Assembly: GCA_008080745.1 (NCBI GenBank)
Contig: SHMX01000001.1
Location: 1-32,000, forward strand
Length of the DNA stretch: 32,000 nucleotides
DNA from: Candidatus Thorarchaeota archaeon
GTDB lineage: Archaea; Asgardarchaeota; Thorarchaeia; Thorarchaeales; Thorarchaeaceae
Direction of reading: 5' to 3'
The notes beneath the pieces were generated by a model. The model was not told the DNA's origin. It saw nothing but the letters and a program-made list of their open reading frames with translations, and did not search any database. Of this stretch, positions 27,250 through 32,000 are shown piece after piece (positions within the stretch are counted from its first letter, which is position 1; the number at the start of each line of letters is the position of its first letter). The position numbers were made by a program, and so were the translations under genes.

Positions 27250-28275
27250 CTATGGTTTTTCTACATTTAACGCCTCAAGGATATTAACCAATGAATCGGA
27301 TTCACCATTTATCCGGAGATATTCACGGACTAAGATTGCAACAGCATTCTCTGTGAGTAATTTTACATCCTTAACACCAATACGAACAATATTAGTAGGA
27401 ACAGGATATTTCACATAATATCCATCATCTTCCGAACCAACATATTTTCTAAAATTGCGATCTCGAGATAACCACCACCATACTATCTGAGGATGCTCAT
27501 CCGACTCGTAGAGGACAGTGAGAATTCTTGCTACAGAATTCATCTCTTCGCTTACTGACTCGATGTATCCTGCTTTGTAAATTCCGTCAACATGTAAAAC
27601 AACTCGAGGATTCTGATAAGTTCTCAAGCTACCAATCACAGCATGGTCCATGACAATACGAACTTTAGAAACACCATAAACCTTCGACTGTTTTTGTGCA
27701 AGGTTTATTGCTTCGCGAATTAATGGTAGCGTAAATGTTTCTGACCCAGCGTTTGAGGTAGAACGAAAGCCACCATATACACCAATTGTCCAAAGTATTG
27801 CAAAATTCAGGGCCACGATTAGTGAGACATAATCAACTATTGCTGCATTTATTTGATACAAATAGAAAGGAATTCCAATGTTAAAACAAAGTTGTATGAC
27901 AGGTACAAAATAATACCAGATTCTACCAACCGCTGCCACACTGAAATGCTGTTGATTATAAGCCTTCACAAATTCTTTACAATCTTCAATTCTGAGCTGT
28001 ATTTTATCCAGCCTAATATCTTCAGGGTCTACATACTGGACTGCATTTTTCTTAAGGCGCCAGCCGATGGAAAAGCTTAGGATTGTAACAGATAGAGGAA
28101 CTACAAAAGAAAAAATGAAAATTGTAAAAAGATCAATTGTACCCATCTCAATTATAGGAATTGATGACAGACCCCCAACAATCATAGAGGAAAAAAATCC
28201 TATACTTATCGCAATCCATAATGGATTCTGTGAACGAGTGACAATTGGCTCTTCCGACATTTCTAAGAACCTCAT
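27250..28275 (-). CDS. 4-TM membrane protein with C-terminal soluble domain (paralog A of a tandem trio)
   Basis: Same architecture. The C-terminal helix pair LVREYLRINGESDSLVNILEAL aligns with IIKIYVSIRGSNELIDEVLAEL of paralog B. Confidence 0.8.
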   Translation of the reverse strand: MRFLEMSEEPIVTRSQNPLWIAISIGFFSSMIVGGLSSIPIIEMGTIDLFTIFIFSFVVPLSVTILSFSIGWRLKKNAVQYVDPEDIRLDKIQLRIEDCKEFVKAYNQQHFSVAAVGRIWYYFVPVIQLCFNIGIPFYLYQINAAIVDYVSLIVALNFAILWTIGVYGGFRSTSNAGSETFTLPLIREAINLAQKQSKVYGVSKVRIVMDHAVIGSLRTYQNPRVVLHVDGIYKAGYIESVSEEMNSVARILTVLYESDEHPQIVWWWLSRDRNFRKYVGSEDDGYYVKYPVPTNIVRIGVKDVKLLTENAVAILVREYLRINGESDSLVNILEALNVEKP

Positions 28276-28361
28276 AGTTAGCCTTCATCAACACTCTTTA
28301 AGGTTGCCGGATGTTTTCTCAAAAAGAAGTACACGAGGCAACATTTAATAGTGTAAAATAT

Positions 28362-28373
28362 TAACTATAGTTA
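28362..28373. promoter_or_regulatory. 12-bp perfect palindrome (taactatagtta) in the divergent promoter between the membrane trio and the bcp pair
   Basis: The sequence equals its own reverse complement and lies just upstream of the AGGAGGT ribosome-binding site of the first bcp. Confidence 0.35.
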
Positions 28374-28390
28374 CATCAGGAGGTTTCATA

Positions 28391-28873
28391 ATGCTAAAGA
28401 TAGGAGATAAAGCTCCAGAATTTGAAACAACAGACGAAATGGGAAATCCCATTAGTTTGAAGGATTATTACGGAAAGAAGGTAATGGTGTATTTCTACCC
28501 AAAGGATAACACAAAGGGTTGCACTGCAGAGGCTTGCTCAATTCGTGATCGATTCGAATTGTTTCGAGAAAACGAGATTCCTGTTCTGGGAATATCAGGA
28601 GGGACGTCCAAATCGCACCTGAAATTCAAAGAAAAATACAACCTACCATTTCCACTTTTAATGGATGAAGAGTTTGATATTGCTAAAGAATATCAGGTTT
28701 ACAAAAAGAAGAAAATGTATGGTAAAGAGTACATGGGAATCGAACGAACAACATTCCTGATTAACGAAGAAGGGAAAATCGAAGGTATCTTTGGAGGCCC
28801 AGAAGGGATAGAAAAGGTCAAGACTAAGGAACATGCAGACCAAGTCATTAAGTTCTGGGATTTGAAACTTTAG
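28391..28873 (+). CDS. bcp: Peroxiredoxin, BCP/PrxQ subfamily (copy 1)
   Basis: YFYPKDNTKGCTAEAC (PxxxTxxC plus resolving Cys), F.EKYNLPFPLL.D and ERTTFLINEEG. Strong ribosome-binding site. Confidence 0.95.
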   Translation: MLKIGDKAPEFETTDEMGNPISLKDYYGKKVMVYFYPKDNTKGCTAEACSIRDRFELFRENEIPVLGISGGTSKSHLKFKEKYNLPFPLLMDEEFDIAKEYQVYKKKKMYGKEYMGIERTTFLINEEGKIEGIFGGPEGIEKVKTKEHADQVIKFWDLKL

Positions 28874-28885
28874 TAGGTGTCATAA

Positions 28886-29359
28886 ATGCCAAGTATAGGA
28901 GATTTAGCTCCGGATTTTGAAACAGTAGACGAGAAGGGTAACAAATTCAAACTTGCGGATTACAGAGGGAAAAAAATAGTGCTGTATTTCTATCCTAAAG
29001 ATGGGACACCAGGTTGCACCGCAGAAGCTTGCTCACTTCGAGATAGTTACACCATATTCCAAGATTCGGGAATTCCAATTTTTGGGATGTCAGGAGGAGA
29101 TGCTGAATCCCATATCAAATTTAAAGAAAAACACAATCTGCCTTTTCCAATACTTATGGATGAGGACTTAGATATAGCAGAACTGTATGATGCTAAAAGT
29201 AGACTAAGCGTAATTGGGCTAGGAGTCAAGAGAATTACATATCTTATTGACGAAGACGGAAGAATCGAGGCCATATTTGGCGGTTCAGAAGGTATTAATG
29301 AAGTCAAATCAGAACAACATGCAGAACAGATAGTTGGATATTGGGGCCTTAAATTATGA
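28886..29359 (+). CDS. bcp: Peroxiredoxin, BCP/PrxQ subfamily (copy 2)
   Basis: YFYPKDGTPGCTAEAC, F.EKHNLPFPIL.D and KRITYLIDEDG. Starts 12 nt after copy 1. Confidence 0.95.
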   Translation: MPSIGDLAPDFETVDEKGNKFKLADYRGKKIVLYFYPKDGTPGCTAEACSLRDSYTIFQDSGIPIFGMSGGDAESHIKFKEKHNLPFPILMDEDLDIAELYDAKSRLSVIGLGVKRITYLIDEDGRIEAIFGGSEGINEVKSEQHAEQIVGYWGLKL

Positions 29360-29389
29360 CCTCTTCATGTGAAGGATGTGATTCTTTAT

Positions 29390-30457
29390 CTATTTAGAAG
29401 TGATGTTTTTTGACAAACCTCTGCTACTATAACTACTCAATGCATATGAAATAAATTCCAATACAAGATAAAGTAATGCTACAATAACGATAAATGAATT
29501 TAGTACTCCCTGTAACACCGGAGGGTCTCCCATGGTCACACTTCTAAGAAGAAGATTGCCAAGTCCATACCACCCAGTTGCAACCTCTACTATAATGAGA
29601 GTACTAAAAATGAAACCGATATTTTTCTTAATTCCTGATATGAATTGATTGAGTAGTTTCCTCAAATGGTGTTGGGATATAGATTGCTTAACGCTTTCTT
29701 CGTATGACTCAACGAGTACGTCTGAAGTAGGAGGTGGAACTCCAAATCTTACACCGTTCTTAAGGCCAAATCCAAAAATTAAGATGCCAATTCCAATAGA
29801 CGGGATTATCATATGACAAATAAGGTCTGTTGCAATAATCAGACCTCCAAGAGGTTCATTCTTTGCGTCGACCCAAATTTCGTATGTAATAGTTCCACTT
29901 AGATCAAATGCAAATAACTCAAATGTAAAAAGAATTAGAGCTGTAAAAAGGAAGATTGGAATGGCAGCTAAGATAGCCCCTTTGATGATAACTTGGTATT
30001 TTTTCTCTCCAATGAATTTTCTCTCATTGATTACCGTGAGTATAAGTGCAACAAATATTGATGATGTCAAAAGCAAAACAGTATGCTGTAATCTTCCAAT
30101 AATTAATGCAGAAACTTCAGTAAGGAACAAGTAGGATTTACCATAGTTCCACTTCAATGCGTTAACCCAATACAACCAGTACATTTCAATCCAGTTGAAA
30201 AAATTGGGATTTTCAACAATTCCAAATTCATCAGCTAGAGTCTGAAGCCATTCGTAATAACATTCACTGCATCTTATTCCAGAATTTGCGAAAAGATCAA
30301 ACAGGCTTACTTCGTCAACTATAGCAGGTAATCTGACAAGAATGAAAGTGATTGTAAAACCAAGAAATAGTATCATGAATACTAGAGTTAATTTTTCTTT
30401 CAAAAACACCCTTAGAGTATCGTTCATCGGATAACCACCACGACTACATAATATCAC
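29390..30457 (-). CDS. Divergent DppB/OppB-like ABC transporter permease; likely start ATG at 30427
   Basis: YWLYWVNALKWNYGKSY...VSALIIGRLQHTVLL resembles the DppB N-terminal block. LIIVEVATGWYGLGNLLLRSV..GDPPVLQG resembles the DppB C-terminal block. The EAA loop is not recognisable. Confidence 0.7.
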   Translation of the reverse strand: MILCSRGGYPMNDTLRVFLKEKLTLVFMILFLGFTITFILVRLPAIVDEVSLFDLFANSGIRCSECYYEWLQTLADEFGIVENPNFFNWIEMYWLYWVNALKWNYGKSYLFLTEVSALIIGRLQHTVLLLTSSIFVALILTVINERKFIGEKKYQVIIKGAILAAIPIFLFTALILFTFELFAFDLSGTITYEIWVDAKNEPLGGLIIATDLICHMIIPSIGIGILIFGFGLKNGVRFGVPPPTSDVLVESYEESVKQSISQHHLRKLLNQFISGIKKNIGFIFSTLIIVEVATGWYGLGNLLLRSVTMGDPPVLQGVLNSFIVIVALLYLVLEFISYALSSYSSRGLSKNITSK

Positions 30458-30610
30458 AGTATATAGTGTTACTATGTATTATAAACTTTTTGTGGGAAGA
30501 GAAATTGAAGAAAAATACTGACGGAAAGCATAGATTAAAAACGGGGATACGATGGGGTCAAGCTTGCAAGATAGGTCATTTGCAGACCTATCCGACGATT
30601 AGTTAGAGGC

Positions 30611-31978
30611 TTGATTATGCCTGAAGAGAAACTTTCAGTTGAAGAACTCAAAAAGAAAGCCGAAAAGCCTGGCAAGGACGCAATGATTATGCACCCCTTT
30701 TACAAGGGTAAAATTCAGTCCATAGGTAAGGCTCCGGTACGTAGCTTTGATGATTTCGCTATTTGGTACACACCTGGCGTTGCCAAAGCATGCACAGCTA
30801 TCAAAGAAGATCCAGCAAAGGTCTATGAAATGACCAATAAGGGAAATATGGTAGCCGTTGTAAGTGATGGTACCCGTGTGCTCGGACTTGGTGATATTGG
30901 TCCTGAAGCTGCAGGTCCAGTTATGGAGGGGAAAGCCATCCTCTTCAAATATCTGGGTGGTGTGGATGCATGGCCGGTATGTCTCGATACCAAAGACGCT
31001 GACGAAATTATCAAGACCGTTAAGTTACTCCAACCATCTTTTGGTGGTGTTAACCTTGAGGACATCTCAAAACCAAAGTGTTACAAAGTTCTTGAAGAAC
31101 TACGAAATGACCCTGATGTTACCATTCCAGTCTGGCACGATGACGCACAAGGCACCGCTACTGTAGTGCTGGCAGGAGTCATGGGAGGTCTCAATGTAGT
31201 CAAGAAGGAAATGGAGAATATACGTGTTGCAATGCTAGGAGTTGGAGCTGCAAACACTCGAACTGCATATCTACTCTTTGCTGCAGGTGTTGACCCCAAG
31301 AACGTCATAATGGTAGATAGCAAAGGAGCTATATACTCTGATCGAGAAGATATAGTTGAAGAGAAAGACTATGATACGTTCAAGTACGACTTGGCTCAGA
31401 AAACTAATCCGGATCGTATGACAGGTGATTTGGGTGAAGTAATCGAGGGTACAGATGTACTCATTACAGCATCTCGCCCACAACCAGGTACTGTCAAGAA
31501 GGAATGGGTCAGCAAGATGGCCAACGATGCGATTGTTTTTGCATGTGCAAACCCATTGCCTGAAATCTGGCCTTGGGATGCAAAGGATGCTGGTGCAAGA
31601 ATCGTAGGAACTGGTAGAAGCGACTTTGATAACCAGATCAACAACTCTCTAGGATTCCCCGGTATTTTCCGAGGTACACTCGATGTGCGAGCCACAACCA
31701 TTACCGACGAGATGTGTGTTGCAGCAGCAAAAGCACTTGCAGATCTTGGAGCAGATGAAGCCACTGAGAGGAAAGTCATACCTACCATGGATCAATGGGA
31801 ACTCTATCCCGCTGAGGCAACAGCTGTTGGTATGAAAGCCATTGAGCAAGGAATTGCAAAGAAAGAATGGGATGAGAAAGACCTCTACAGACATGCAGAG
31901 GAAATCATCAGAACTGCTCGTGGATCATCAGAAATCCTCTACGAGAAAGGATTCATTCCTAAAGCTCCTAAGACATAA
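30611..31978 (+). CDS. mae: NAD(P)-dependent malic enzyme (short prokaryotic form without PTA domain); start TTG 30611 or ATG 30617
   Basis: WYTPGVA, VSDGTRVLGLGDIG, VMEGKAILFK, NLEDI, HDDAQGTA, FACANPLPEI and TGRSDFDNQINNSLGFPGIFRG. Confidence 0.95.
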   Translation: MIMPEEKLSVEELKKKAEKPGKDAMIMHPFYKGKIQSIGKAPVRSFDDFAIWYTPGVAKACTAIKEDPAKVYEMTNKGNMVAVVSDGTRVLGLGDIGPEAAGPVMEGKAILFKYLGGVDAWPVCLDTKDADEIIKTVKLLQPSFGGVNLEDISKPKCYKVLEELRNDPDVTIPVWHDDAQGTATVVLAGVMGGLNVVKKEMENIRVAMLGVGAANTRTAYLLFAAGVDPKNVIMVDSKGAIYSDREDIVEEKDYDTFKYDLAQKTNPDRMTGDLGEVIEGTDVLITASRPQPGTVKKEWVSKMANDAIVFACANPLPEIWPWDAKDAGARIVGTGRSDFDNQINNSLGFPGIFRGTLDVRATTITDEMCVAAAKALADLGADEATERKVIPTMDQWELYPAEATAVGMKAIEQGIAKKEWDEKDLYRHAEEIIRTARGSSEILYEKGFIPKAPKT

Positions 31979-32000
31979 TTATAGAGAAAATCATAAGGAC

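Noticed and set aside
28862-29359. C-terminal LKL of both peroxiredoxins as a peroxisomal PTS1-like signal
   Set aside because: PTS1 needs a small residue first (S/A/C), and no receptor is evident in the window.
10385-31894. Remaining 60-130 aa ORFs overlapping called genes (e.g. 19286-19582, 19474-19728, 22463-22765, 23336-23704, 31396-31788)
   Set aside because: All overlap better-supported genes on the opposite strand or in another frame and show no recognisable protein features.
1-32000. CRISPR array, tRNA/rRNA genes, transposases, integrases or prophage genes
   Set aside because: No regularly spaced direct repeats, cloverleaf motifs or mobile-element motifs were seen by eye. The repeats in the giant gene are visible at protein level only.

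Overview
Gene-dense archaeal chromosomal window, low in GC by eye. The gene set (RFC small subunit, RIO kinase, DUF2240, aRadC/KaiC-like ATPase, PCI-like winged-helix membrane protein, giant Ig-like repeat surface protein with a cytoplasmic tail, GGAGGTGA ribosome-binding sites) points to an Asgard archaeon, possibly Thorarchaeia-like. That assignment is inference. The first third encodes a >3,360-aa single-pass surface protein with about 30 beta-sandwich-like repeats whose 5' end looks broken. The rest holds metabolic and housekeeping genes (D-threonine aldolase/DSD1-family enzyme, MFS transporter, APH-family kinase, two Bcp peroxiredoxins, malic enzyme, a degenerate DppB-like permease). Best leads: (1) a long-form XPB helicase near a protein with p52/Tfb2-like features, a possible TFIIH-core-like XPB-p52 module; (2) three tandem, highly diverged paralogous 4-TM membrane proteins that may form an uncharacterised heteromeric complex; (3) a RIO kinase-wHTH-48 aa microprotein operon preceded by a 20-aa leader ORF and a long stem structure; (4) a membrane-anchored tandem PCI-like/zinc-ribbon protein. 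I saw no CRISPR array, tRNA, rRNA or transposase. All family assignments come from motif recognition by eye, without database searches.
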